Assembly: GCA_000165425.1 (NCBI GenBank)
Contig: CT868670.1
Coordinates: 1-64,000, forward strand
Reading direction: 5' to 3'
From: Paramecium tetraurelia
Taxonomy: Eukaryota
Length of the DNA: 64,000 nucleotides
Shown here: positions 1 to 13,408 of the stretch, piece after piece
How positions within the stretch are numbered: position 1 is the first letter of the stretch
Layout of the letters: each line of letters starts with the position of its first letter
The notes under the pieces: model-generated
Database searches by the model: none
What the model was told of the DNA's origin: nothing
Seen by the model: the letters and a program-made list of their open reading frames with translations, nothing else
Translations under genes and position numbers: made by a program

Positions 1-77
1 AAGCCCAAACCCCAAACCCCAACCCCAACCCCAAACCCAAACCCAACCCCAAACCCAAACCCAACCCCAAACCCAAA
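1..77 (+). repeat. Telomeric repeat tract (mixed C4A2/C3A3), macronuclear chromosome end
   Basis: Run of CCCCAA/CCCAAA units with some CCCCAAA variants at the window start, matching the Paramecium-type T2G4/T3G3 mixture. Confidence 0.97.
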
Positions 78-570
78 TCAGATAATGTAGTACCTATATA
101 TTAATATTTAACATATAAATTACCCTTGTCAAACCATGCTTCAGCAAGTTTAGGGTTAATAGATATTGCTTCATTGTAACATTCAATTGCTTCTTCATAT
201 TAATTCAAATTCCTTAATGCAATGCCTATATATTAATATTTAACTATAAATTACCCTTGTTATACCATGCATACACATATTTAGGGTTAATAGATATTGC
301 TTCATTGTAACATTCAATTGCTTCTTCATATTAATTCAAATTCCTTAATGCAATGCCTATATATTAATATTTAACTATAAATTACCCTTGTTATTCCATG
401 CATTCACATATTTAGGGTTAATAGATATTGCTTCATTGTAACATTTATTTGCTTCTTCATATTGATTCAAATTGGCTAATGCTATTCCTAATTATTATAT
501 TTAACAATTTACTACCCTTATCATACCACACATATTCTTTTTTAGAATTAATAGAAAAATATTAACCCAT
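78..570 (-). pseudogene. TPR-repeat gene, 3'-truncated by the telomere
   Basis: ATG at 570 (MGQYFSINSKKEYVWYDKG). Three 102-nt exons each encode a 34-aa TPR (e.g. IALRNLNQYEEAIECYNEAISINPKYVYAWYNKG). Introns at 488-515, 357-385, 226-254 and 94-123. The last exon GTTLSDL runs into telomeric repeats with no TGA. Confidence 0.85.
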
Positions 571-1357
571 TAAAATAATTAATAAACGTTTTCTAAATAT
601 ATTATAAATTTTTATTACAGAATAATAATTTGAATAACAATATTTACATATATTCAATTAATGTAAAGGCAATTTACCATTACATTTTTTTTCAATACTT
701 ATTATATTTTGTAAGTTTACTTGCATTTATTATTCAACTTAATTGATCAAATTTATTTATGCTGTCTATATTCTTGAATATAAATTGATTTTTATGTAAT
801 AAGCCTCCTAAAAAGATTACAACATTACTCATTAACTCATTAAGACAACTTTGAATTAAGAATGAATTTTTTTTACCTAAAGACTTAATACTTACAAATT
901 CTCCTTTCATATAAAAGTAGCTTAAACTTTTTAATAGGTATTATAAAACATTGCTTAAATAGTAAAGGAGGTTGTTAAAGATAGAGAAGAACAATTAAAC
1001 TAAGATATCATTCCGAAAATAACTTGTGTTCTGATAGTTGGGGTTCAAGAGAGAACCCCTGATTTGTGAATTTTAAATTTCCCAAATAATTATTATTGGG
1101 TATTATTTGAAATTTGAGGCTTGTATATTTAATTAACTACACAATCTATAATTCGAAGGTGTTTATTAGTAATTTATGTAAAGCTTTAGCTCTAATAAAA
1201 TCTGCATTACAAACAAGAATATGCTCCCTTTTTACAATTTACAACCTTATTTATCGTATAAATTGCCTTCAATTTATGATAAGATAATAATAACGCCTAT
1301 TTCAATTTTCAACCTAATTATTTTATAAAAAAATTAAAATTTGATGTTCAATAGAAT

Positions 1358-1984
1358 TCAAACTGTTACCACTATTATTATAGATCTTAATGAATTTTTG
1401 ATGGTAACCTATAAGAATAATATTGAGGAACTTTATACCTCAATTTAATGTTAAAAAACTATTTTATTTGAATTAAAATCACTTATTAACACTTGTGATC
1501 CATTCTCATCCTCGGGGAAATGTTACTTTGCAAATCTAATTTAATGTTCATAATGTAATACATCTCGAATAAAATCTTCATCATCTACTGCTTGATTTAA
1601 CTCTTGAAATCTTGGCAATTTAATTATTCGATATAGGAGTAGATGCTTCATGTTATGCTATTACATTATAGAATGTCCAGCCGTATCAAGTTGGCCATGT
1701 ATTTTACTTTTTTAAGTGATTTTTAATGTATTCAACTCTTTATCGCTTTAACAACTTGTAGGACATCCTTGGCGTACTCTGTGTTTACGTAAATCAACAC
1801 TAAAAGGTTCGTATTACTGATCCTAAAATTATGATCAAAAACTTACATACATAATCAAAGTTAGCTAGCTACAACTTTTATCTATCATGTTTGAGTTTTT
1901 AACTTTAAACTACAATTCTTTTGTACCTTTTGTATAAATACTATTAATTTTTAACTTCTGGCATCTAATACTCAATTCAACCAT
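1358..1984 (-). CDS. Hypothetical protein (~200 aa), possibly a relic
   Basis: Open frame in ciliate code (MVELSIRCQKL...) once a canonical 24-nt intron (1823-1846, containing an in-frame TGA) is removed; no recognisable domain. Confidence 0.35.
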
Positions 1985-2028
1985 GCAAAAAAATGAATAT
2001 TTTTCCAAATCAGCTCAGATTATTAATC

Positions 2029-2081
2029 ATTTTGATTATGCCATCAAAAATATTTTGATTATGCCATCAAAAATATTTTGA
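2029..2081. repeat. 23-bp tandem duplication (x2.3) with internal inverted repeat
   Basis: ATTTTGATTATGCCATCAAAAAT at 2029-2051 and 2052-2074, then ATTTTGA. Each unit contains TTTTGAT-N6-ATCAAAA. Confidence 0.9.
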
Positions 2082-2099
2082 ATAATTTTTATCAGAAAA

Positions 2100-5000
2100 T
2101 GCCTGAATTATTCTAACCCATAAATTAATGTACTAATACATACTCCAGCTGCTTGATAGTAGTTCTTAGAAGTTCTGGCTTTTTTGTGACTTTTTTCAGA
2201 TTGTTTTTCATCTAGCTGAAGATGCTATTGCTTCTAGAATGTTTGTCAAATTCTACTACCTATAGTTCCTTTTAGAAAAATGCTGACTTATGGCAGTATA
2301 GAATATATTTTACCATTTGTTAGCTCACTTGAATAATACTTCAATTTTTCATGGTTTGTTAAGTTAGTGAAGGTGAAATAGTCAACATAATTTCAAAGCT
2401 TTAAATGCGATTATCTGCTTTTTTATCTTAAAAGCACCAATCACTTTATGTTTCAGCAATATATGGTGAAGACTAATCATTAATTGCTGAGCGTGAGATC
2501 ATACCCAGACAATAGATCTGAATGTTTCTTATATAATATGTTGCTTCTCTAAATTAATTACTGTAAAATAGTTTTTCTGCCCTAATAAATTTGCGCGAAA
2601 ATTTTCAGATCTTGTGAAGGAAAACTGACATTTTTGTGTACAGAGTTTCTTGAATTGTAAATCAATTAATGCTGTTGGGACTATCTGTTATTAAGCTCAC
2701 TATTAAAAGATTATTAGTTCACCTACTATTACCTGTTATCTCGTAACCTTTAAAACAATGCTTGTGGAATATTAGTACCAAATATTAAGCAGTCTTGGAT
2801 TATATATTTCATTTGCATAGGATTTTTATTCTTATCCCAAAATTCTTTTGGTTCTATTGAATAAATTTTTTGTTAGTTACTTAATGAATGACGATGCTCT
2901 CATATTTCATGACTTTCCTGATTATTATAAAAGTAGATTAGATGTCACTGAAATGAATATCAATCCTACTCGTTGCTTCTAGGTAAATTTATAATTTGAA
3001 GATATTGACAACATTATATTAAGTTTTAAAAAATGTTCATAGCGACTTACCTACTCGAATTTGTATGTGGTTCATTTAGCAAGAGTTCTTGTAAATTTTA
3101 ATGTCTATTTTTTATCAAATGAAAGAGATGCCCATTCGCAAGCATTTAGGCGGCTGTTAATTTTTTTCGCTTATGCTTTAACATATAAATTATCAAACCC
3201 AATATCCAATTGCTACATGCAAAATAACCAATATCCACATAAACCAGTCAGTTGTTCTCCAACCAATCTAAGCTTGGATTTAATAATATATCCTTAGTAA
3301 GATGGAACAATACATCTCTCCGTACTTTGCTTAGATCATCAACAGCAATTAACTGAGTGACCATCTAATATCTTAATAATCAGCATCATCAATTACATCT
3401 CAGCAGCACATAATGCATGATCTAATTTCTTCACTTTCAAGCTTATCATCTGAAACCCTCTTTAAGATCCGTAGTTTATCTTTATCCCTCTTGTATCATC
3501 AGTTCATAAAAATCACTTGCTTATTACAAATTTCACTCTATGAGTCAATATATGCAATAATTTATAGACCTGGAGGATATCCTAGTCACTATTGTCGTAT
3601 TCTAGCAAGTAGTATATTGAGTCTTTTAAATGAATAGTTTTGCAAAAACAATTTACACATTCCTAGTCTGTATGACAATATCTAAGGAGTTAGGAGAAGC
3701 GTCTATTTTAGAACTTGATTTAGCGCTTTTAGCCTTGCTAATTTGTTATTTTGATCTTATAAGAACAATTTTACCTTGTGCACTAGCATTGTTTAGGCCA
3801 CCAAAAGTACCTGAAATGAATATTATATATGTCTTATATGATAGAATTATGTTTAAGGCTTCCCTTTCAAGTGGTATGATTTAATTTAAAGCCATCCAAA
3901 TAGGCACCTTTGAAATAAGGAATTCTGTCTTAACGTCAGTAATGAGTGTCCTGATTCTATAGGGCTACATCAACACAAACTTTTATATTAATATTAGTGT
4001 ATATTGATTGAGTAAATTTTGTCCAATTATGCATTTTGTTAGCAATACAAACAAACAAAATAAATGAGTTTTCTAAAAATCTCCCATTTCAAAATGCTTA
4101 ATCATTCAAGTTGGAGTTCAATAACGGTAGTTTACTAGGATGAAGTTACAACTTCTATTAGGATTAGAGTGAAAAATCCTCAACAAAATTGCTACCTTAA
4201 GGCTATGCAGTCAGCATGAAAAAGAATGAGTTTGATCAAGTAGGATTGAGTATTGAATGGCAGAGCAATTGATGAAAGTTATATTGGGACCTTTTATGCC
4301 TATAGATGTAAAAAAACAATCAAATACATAACTAGTAGAAAATTATCAAGGTTGGCTATCTTGGGTGCTCTGCAATACATAAAAATTAAGAGATTCTAAA
4401 AACAATTACTTAAAAGGGATTTAGTTCAAATATGTCCTTGTGAACAAGTTAATTCATCTCTGAATGAATAAAGACAAGGGAACATTTAGGATCGTTGAAA
4501 TCTTGGATGTGGTGTCTCCTAACAATTATCAAAAAATGATTTAGTGAGTTCATTTGATCTTAAGACTATCGATAAAATAAGTGCAAAAAAGAATTGTCTT
4601 ACATTAACAATCATACTTTAATTTGTTACATCATCTTCTCAAATTTGATTCAAGCATTGAAGCTTCAAGGAGGAGAGGAGCGAATGCATTTTTAGAAGCT
4701 TGAAATTTCGTTGAAACACCTGTTTTTAAGTTGAATAACATTACTTCACCATTTTACAGATGGAGATCTAAGACAGATTAAAATTATAACAAACTTTTAA
4801 ACAGATGACAATTGAATGAATAATTAAAAAAAGACCACAATATGACAGACCAGTTCTCTGATGGCTATTGTTTTATTAGAGATACATGAACTTCTTATAC
4901 TAAATCAAAAATATGGAGATTACTCAGGACTATTTTTAGAGATGTTGATGCTATTTGAGTTTAGCCAAAATAGCCATAAAAATTTAAAATGACAAAAACT

Positions 5001-8000
5001 GTTTCTTAGTTGTTATCATAACTATAGAAGCATTATAAAACTATCAATTTCTTTATGAATTTTGAAGATGCTTTCGATGTAGCGATTATATAGCATACAT
5101 AAGGAAATAGTTTTCTATATATTTCATAGAATGAATGCATTTTCACTTATTAGGAACTGGTTTACAGTACTTTATTTATTGTGCCTAAAGCAGTTACTGG
5201 GTGAGTAAGTTGTTGCTGCATTAACAATAAGGATCAAGCGTAAACCACATAGAACAATATTTAAGATTAAGCTCTGCGTTCACAAGTATCTTAAATTTAC
5301 ATATGGACATATTGGGTTAAAGTAATCATATTATATTACATGTAATATTTAAGTTACTTCTCAAACAAATACATTCAACGCATAACATATCATAAAATAT
5401 AAGCTTTTTAAGAGCCATCAAGTTGGAATAGCAGCAATATATGTTCAAGCCTTTCATGTACCATGTAAGGAAAGAGGGAACAATTTCCCAAGTATTTCGC
5501 TTCTATATTTGGTTGAATAGAGTACGTTAGCAGCATTTATGATGAATTCCATATGCAACTCAAATGCGAATAAGTACAATGTAAAGAAATTTCTTACGGC
5601 ACATGAAAGATAACAGAAATACTCAGCATAACATGAGGTTTCTTAAAAAGGATCAAAGTTAAAATTTGGCAGAATCAGAGTATTGGGAAGTTATCCTAGA
5701 AATTTGGAGGGACTATATTGAATTCCCATAGGGAAATGATCAACAAACTAACTTACAGGTACTTTGAGATGAAAACTCTCAAAATGAGATAAAACAATCT
5801 GCGCCAATACGTGCAACTACTATTTTTTTATCCGATACTTTGAAGCAATATTCCTTATTTATTTTTTTTAAATATTTAGAGTGTCTATTAGGCTGTATCA
5901 CAATGTGCATCCTTTTTAATTCTGTTTATCTTGCAAAGTTAATTATTAAATTCAAGAGGGCTATATCATGGACACTTTTAGTAAGTGCAGGCGGCCTGGA
6001 AATTTGTTACTTAGTTTAAGCTCTTCTTGTAAAAGGGTTATAAACTTTGAGATATATATATTGATATCTATACTAAAGGAAACAGTTATCCATCCTGTGT
6101 GATGTGTAGACACCCACTTATATTTTGATGTTTTATGAGAAGTTTCGAGGGAATAATACATGCGTAAATTCAGTGTCTAGATATGACTTTGTGTATAATT
6201 TGCAAAAGTAATAAAATGATGGCTTAATGAGCTGTTCTAATGCGCAATTAAATTTGATCATAATCAACTGGAGTTTTACTTTGAGAAAATAAATGCTGAT
6301 AATAGGTAGTGCAACCATTTTATATTATAAATTAATGATAGATAGTGACTTTTCTTAACTTGTTATCCTTCTTGTTATTGATTTAAAAACGTAGTGTCAA
6401 TTATGTCTTGGAGTTGAAGTTATTGCTCAAAATGTGGTAAAACCATTACACTTATAAATGAGTAGGTACAGTCACTTGAATTCGTTAAATAATGCTTCAC
6501 AAGGTTATGTCCCAACTTGCTAACCAATAATTATCCTTAAATACCATTGATAATTAGGTCTAGAACTATAGATTTACAATGATTTGAAGTATCAACCTTC
6601 TAACTTTCTGCATAAATCTCTTGATAAGCAACCTAGAATTAAGAACTTCTTGATATTTAATAGTTGTGCTATAATCAGTTCTGCCCAAACGATTTAAGTA
6701 AAAATTAGCTTGGTCATACACTGAAGCTACAGTTTATGGAAAAACGCCCATATAATGTTCTTCATAAAGCGAGTTTATCTGCTAACTGCAGTACTAGCTT
6801 TTGAAATTCTTATCGGTCAACATTAATCAATTTCAATTAGAATTTTCATAAATTGTTCAATGAATATCACGTCTTGCTAAAACTTTTACACAACGCTATG
6901 TAAAATAAACCATGATGTTATCTATATTTTAATTCTATTCTAGCCTAAACTACCATTTATGATCACTCTGTGTTGAGGGTAATACTGTAAATCAAAGTTA
7001 TGATCTAAATCTTTACTCAAGTCTTACATCTTCTACAGTTCCACATTAATACAAATTATTGCTTTGTATTTTTAATTTATTGTTGTAAATCTCAATGTAT
7101 GTGTATGCTCATAATTGTGAGCCAAAAAACTCATAACACTATGTAATTTTCTTGCATTGTAGACTTGAACTTGACATGTATTATCAACATCGATGAAGAA
7201 ACTGCTAATCAACTTGATAAATCCTATTAGTAATGTTGAGATTCTTGAGATTATATTTGTTACTCCTTTCTTTGAGTTTCTTCATTCACATAATTTTCAT
7301 GTAATTGATCTTTTAGCAGTTATTAATCTTTAGCATCACTTGTTTAAAAAAGGATATGCAATACTTCGCTTACAACCCATAAGTTTGAACTTTTAGGAAC
7401 CATAGAGCATTAAATATTTATGAGTATTTTCCGCCCTATTTCCTTATTTGTATTTAAATGCAGAACATTTTAAATTCTACTGTTTCTACTTTTGGGTTTA
7501 CTTTATTAGTTCATCACTAGGCCTAGCGATTTTATCTATTTCTGACATTTTTAATATTTGAATTTGCACCTTTCGCTCTGCAAACATATTGTGATTTCAT
7601 CACTATCCATCCTTCTTTGGCAATGATCAAAAAGCCATTTATAAATTCCTAAGAAATGAGACGACAATCAATTGAATTAAAGATTCTATCCCAATTCCAT
7701 TTTCCAAAAAAATGAACTTTCTTTTTTCACTCTATCTAGACCTGAATAGTGCTCAACTTTATCGAAAAGCAAAGTCAATCATTGTATGTATTGATAGTTA
7801 TGATGCTTTGAATATTTAATTCCGGCATTCAAAATCAAATTATAAATTAATTAGATGATGTATACCATTACACCTGCAAACGAAAGAAAAAGTGTAAATG
7901 TTGAGTTAAAACACCAGTTGATTTTACCTCATTTGCAATCAATATTATACATTGCAAAAAATACAGGTTATTTCATTAATAAAATGGAGAATGATTTCCT

Positions 8001-9674
8001 TAAGATAAAACATCTACTTTTTGCATCTGCTGCTGCTAAAAGGTATTCATGTATGACAATAAAAATTGTATGAGCACTATTGTTTGAGCAAGTAGTGCAA
8101 TTAATATTTCAAGGTTGAAATGCATTAAATAGAATGATTGAATCTTTGCATTAAGTTGACTATTTCGATCTGAGAGAACAATAAATATAGTGTCTCACCA
8201 TTTTCAAGCTTTTATGTTGTTATGAAGATAATAAACAGGGATACCTTACTTAGCATTACTTTATGGAATTAAAATTTACACCTCTATTTTTATTATTAGG
8301 GATACAACATTATTTTAAAAGATCTACTATGCTAGTGTAGGAAAACACTCAAGATGCTGAGCAATTGGATTAAATAGGAAATGACACATTAGATAGCGAA
8401 GAAATTAAGTAATAAATTTCGCTCTAAAGGAGTTATATAAGAATAAGAAAAATAAGTTTGATTCGTAGAATTGAACATTTCATCATTTTTGTAGCAGCCG
8501 ATTTGTTAAAGCGAAGCATTATTAAGTGCAGCTCTATATATGTGGGACAACGCAGTAATATTTTATAGGAAGGGTTTAGTAACTAAAATTGTTTTAGATG
8601 ACATAAAAATACAGAAAATTACATCATAGATATTAATAATAACTGACAATTCGAATTAGCACTTTAATTTTTATATGTGTAAAAGCAAAGCGAAGGGGTA
8701 AAAGTGCTACATTATATAGGGTTATGAATTATGCATCACTAGGCTTAGATTTATTTAAGTGTATACCATATTTAGCTCTACTGCTTAGCATTTTGCATTT
8801 TTTACAAGGAGAGTAATATCATTTATTTATTTTTATAGTATATCAAGCTAAGCTTGATAATTGTTACAAGAATCGTGATCAAACAGAAGTTACCTTGAGT
8901 GTCACTTTGATATGCACGAGATATTGTGAATAGTCAAGTCAGTTTTTAAATACATTTTTAGGCAGCATTGACTTTTTCAGTAATGTAAAATTCGAATTGT
9001 ATTTTGATGTGTGTCGCCTACAATGTAGTTTATTAAACTTGCAAAAATTATAATAGGTGATTAGCATCATTGTCATAAGAATCTATAAAAATGAATTCCT
9101 AAACAACAAATCAATTCATGGTATGAACATCAACCACAATTAATTGATGAAATTTAATTCCATCAATATATACATTCGGCTCAAGAATTGAAAGAGAAAG
9201 GAGAATAGCTTTATTTATTTTTTAGTTAATGCATTGAGTTGATAACGATGAACAGCCACTATATACAAGTGATATAATAACATTCGCCGCCCATGAATTC
9301 TAATATATTTAATAAAGAGTTGTATAAGACTAAAAGTATTTAAGAATACTTAGAAATGAGTGCAACTATTATTGCATTTATCGCTGGAAGAAACAGTAGT
9401 ATAAATATTTCAAGTAAAATACATTGGCTACATGGAGAATTATTTAAATAAACTAACTGAAGAGGGAGAGAGAGGAGTCTTAGTTGATGCAAAAATAACC
9501 TCCATTTATCTAGAAACCTAGCAATTTTTGCAAACTGATATATATACTTTAAAAGGGATTTTGGTCTTGGGCAATGTTCACAGTATTCCCAGTATATTAA
9601 GTATAATTGCATGTTTGAAAGATATGCATGATAAATGGTAAGATGCAGTTTCATCAGCTGGCCTAAAGAAACCC
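2100..9674. other. Decayed coding-like subtelomeric DNA (gene relics on both strands)
   Basis: Protein-like frames of roughly 60-140 codons repeatedly broken by TGA and frame changes; no intact gene or recognisable domain found by eye. Confidence 0.5.
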
Positions 9675-9824
9675 NNNNNNNNNNNNNNNNNNNNNNNNNN
9701 NNNNNNNNNNNNNNNNNNNNNNNNNNNNNNNNNNNNNNNNNNNNNNNNNNNNNNNNNNNNNNNNNNNNNNNNNNNNNNNNNNNNNNNNNNNNNNNNNNNN
9801 NNNNNNNNNNNNNNNNNNNNNNNN
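9675..9824. other. Assembly gap (150 N)
   Basis: Run of N. Confidence 1.
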
Positions 9825-9911
9825 CAGACCCAAACCCAAACCCAACCCCAACCCCAACCCCAAACCCAAACCCAAACCCAAACCCAAACCCCAAACCCCA
9901 AACCCAAACCC
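9825..9911 (+). repeat. Second (internal) telomeric repeat tract
   Basis: CCCAAA/CCCCAA repeats directly after the gap, in the same orientation as 1-77; the left flank of the gap also ends in AAACCC. Confidence 0.95.
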
Positions 9912-12900
9912 TATCAAAACCAGTAATGCTTACTTTACCATCTCAATTTTTTTACCTCTCATACAAGAACTTATATCAGTTTAAACAAATCTAATTATAT
10001 ATTTATTGTATTATACTAAATCTACTCCATACTCTGTCCTTCCTATCATTTGATGTCATCTAAACATGGGACAAATTGTAAATATTCAGACACTCCTGCC
10101 TTATGAGTACCGGCCTCATGCAAATCAAAAGGGGCCGCCGGTAATGATAGATAATTACACATCCATATTATTATTATTATTATTAATGTCTACACCAACT
10201 TCATTATTTAACTTTATTATGATTTATTAGAGCATCAAACGCAATCTAACTTAGAAAGCATTTTTTTAATTCTATTAAATTTTAATTCTACTTAATATGT
10301 TCTATTTCATTTATTATTGTAGTACCTATAGAAAGTATAAAAAAATAAATAATCTGTATTTTTAATTTAAAAGTACTCTCTTTCATAAATACACTTATAG
10401 ATTGTATGATATTAATTATTATCTTTTTAGAGTTAGTTTAAAATTACATAACTGCAGTTAGAAGAACTCTTGATATCAATATTAATTTTAATTATTATTA
10501 TAATCTAATTCTCTTTTTTTAAAAGGTTGATTAAGATATAAATTAATGTGTAATATAGCATGCCCTAAATGCACATATGCCTTTACTTATTAAAAAGCCA
10601 GCGAATATAAATCTTGCTTAAACTTTGCTCAGAGAAAATATGCAGCTTGTGTTGCTGAAGTGATAAGTTTACTTATTGTAACTGGCGGATATTATGGCTC
10701 ATCAAATATATTCAATTTTATGCAGTAAATATAATACTTTATAAAATTGTGGTATGGGATTCCGTCGACATGTAAAAATCAATGACAATCATGAAATAAT
10801 TCTGTGCTGTTTTGCTAATATTTTTGGCGCGCACTATAAAATTAAATAGCTGTTATCAATCTATGAAACCTCATATCAGATACGTTGCAAATACTATCAT
10901 TTAAGAAAAAATAATTGAATTTTGCTACCATAAGCACTCAACAGTTTATAGATTCGCATATAGAATAGCAATTTACTATGTTGAAAGAATGCAAGCATAT
11001 AGGCATCGTTAACATAAAAAATATCATGCCTACATACTATACAATTATTTTTGATAATTTAACTTATAAGTGGAATATTTATATACTAAATATGTGGATG
11101 AAAAATTCCTAAATTACCCATAATTGATTAGAAAGAATCAGCTACATTTTCTAAAGGTTTATAAGTTGATTGTCTTAAAACCAAAAACCAAAATATAAGT
11201 GGAACAATATCTAACTAATTAAAGTATTTTAATAAAAGCCACTTCATGCAAACTAAATAACATATAACTTGTAATTCAATCAGGAGCATAATTAGATTAT
11301 ATTATAAATTGTAATTTATTTGCAGTGAATTAGAATAAGGATATTACCTGATATGTGCGGTATAAAAATCTAAAATTATATCTAAGAAATTATTTCTTAG
11401 TGCTTAAAATTAAGGAGGAAAATAATCTTCAACTACATTCTAAATTATTTTACATTATCTCCTATATTACCTTTCTTGATCCACATTTAAATTTGTCATT
11501 CATCTAACATTTGGTCATCCTTTTGTAAATGCTTCTAATTCATCCTCATCCTCTTTACTATCCTAGGAATAAAATTCTCAACATTTTATTCTAAATTCTT
11601 TATCAAAAATCAGCCTCATTTAGTATTCATATATAAATCTATTCTTTTCCCTTGAGAGGTTTCTTCCTGAGTTTCCGATATATTTGGCCATGATTCAATA
11701 CAGTGGTATTTGCCCGATAAATTAAAACTTCAATTAATACATGCAAATGAAATGAAACAACAAATCAATATAAAATCTGAGAGTGAAGAACCTTATCAAG
11801 ATAAAGGAAAACACTAAGGGAAGAAAGAAACAATAAAATTTTAGAAAATAGTTTTGCAAACTAATTATCAACTATCCTTTTCTCATACTGAGATTCCTAT
11901 GTTGATTTTTGTTTTTCGTAATATCAAATTTTGACTCAACCTAAAAAAAATATACTAGTACCCTAGTTCAGATAAAAAATCGATACCTTGAGGAAATTCT
12001 ATTAGAAATGTTTTCAAACCAAAGCAAATTAGAGTTATGTAGCATATAACTGTTCTATGATACTTCACCAGTCAGTAGTAAAGTAAAATAAGTTACCTCC
12101 TTAAGTCAAAAGGCTTTCCTTCTGCACACAGTAGAAAACCTCCTGAATCTGTTTAAGTTGAGTGAATATTAGCATTAACTTTGGAATTACCCTAATGTTG
12201 ATGGATTTGTCCTCACGATAAGATATAATCGACTAAGCTGTCTTCTCTTAAATTAAATAAATAGTTGTTGTTCAACTTCCTAGCTATTAATAAGTTCAAT
12301 ACAACAGTAAATAACTCCTATCTTAAGGTTTTCATTAATACTTAATAAATTTCTTGGTATAGGCATGTAGATTTAAATTTGAAAACATCCACATAATTGA
12401 ACATCTTTTAGATAAATTGATTCTGAAAGAGGTTTTTGCCCTCATGTAGATTTATTATCAGAATCTAAATTAGTCCTTCATCAATAACGGATTCTTAAGT
12501 AAGAGTTCAAAATTTTTAATTCATCTTTCAAGAGTTCCATCTTCATCATAATTCTGAAATCAGGATTGATAACAACCTACTAATCGATCAATAATGGAAG
12601 ATTTTTTATATTGGCTTTCGATTTAATCTGTAATTCAGGGTTTCTCCGCATTGCAGGGCATGACCAAGTTGTTCCCTCTCATAAATTTTTTATTGATAAA
12701 AATTCTACATAATCATTTACACTAATTTTTCTTACCAAAAAAGTCTAAACTTCTTTTACATTATCTCATACCTACTATCAACTTTTTTATGACCACTAAC
12801 TCTTATATAAAAGCAGAAAATGATGTTGATATGCAGGTAGGTAAATACTATAGTGTTTTTAAACTTAGATTTATTTCAAAAATTAAAAACCATTCTACTT

Positions 12901-13408
12901 CAGTTTTTTGATTCTTAAGCTCTGTTCTTGCTTTATATTTCACAATAAACCTCCAAACATCTATGAATATTTGAATTCCTTCTTTGAATTCTCATTTTTC
13001 GAATATTCTAACCTATTATAATGAAATCTTAATATAAAGCTTCCAATATACTTGGTTTAAATAAATGGCGTGATCCATTAAACTGAAGCAAGTAGGGAGG
13101 AAGAACCATTGACTATTTTAGTCAAATTTAAATGCATTCTCAATTATATACATATTTATATAGATAATCAACAATCCTTCAATTTTCAATTAGCATACTA
13201 TACTATTTTTTATGCGAGGATTAAGATTTCTAATAACTCTAATAACAATCATTTTTGTAAGATGATGATAATAATTTAAAAAACAAGAGAATTTGTATTC
13301 AGAATTAATAAGAAAATCTAATTATTATTAAATAGAATTGTTTATTTTTGGCATTTAAATCTTAAAATTATTCAAGAGATAAGTTATTAATAAAAATAAA
13401 ATATAAAC

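Noticed and set aside
94..515. Regularly spaced repeats resembling a CRISPR array
   Set aside because: The units are TPR exons plus spliceosomal introns in a eukaryote; the 'spacers' are not unique
1040..1059. GGGGTTC-aagaga-GAACCCC hairpin
   Set aside because: A single 7-bp stem is plausible by chance, and a bacterial-type terminator is irrelevant in this genome
4250..4300. IDESYIG as a possible Merlin/ISXO2 or Tc1 transposase motif
   Set aside because: No further DDE motifs or terminal inverted repeats found; too short to support
9340..9994. ORF-track entries with GF/GL/VW/PN dipeptide repeats
   Set aside because: They are translations of telomeric repeats and the N gap, not genes
10540..13140. 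Possible RING-CH-like (CPKC plus hydrophobic helices, +) and SP-RING-like (TWSCP, -) relics
   Set aside because: Only 4-5 residue matches in broken frames; cannot be named with confidence
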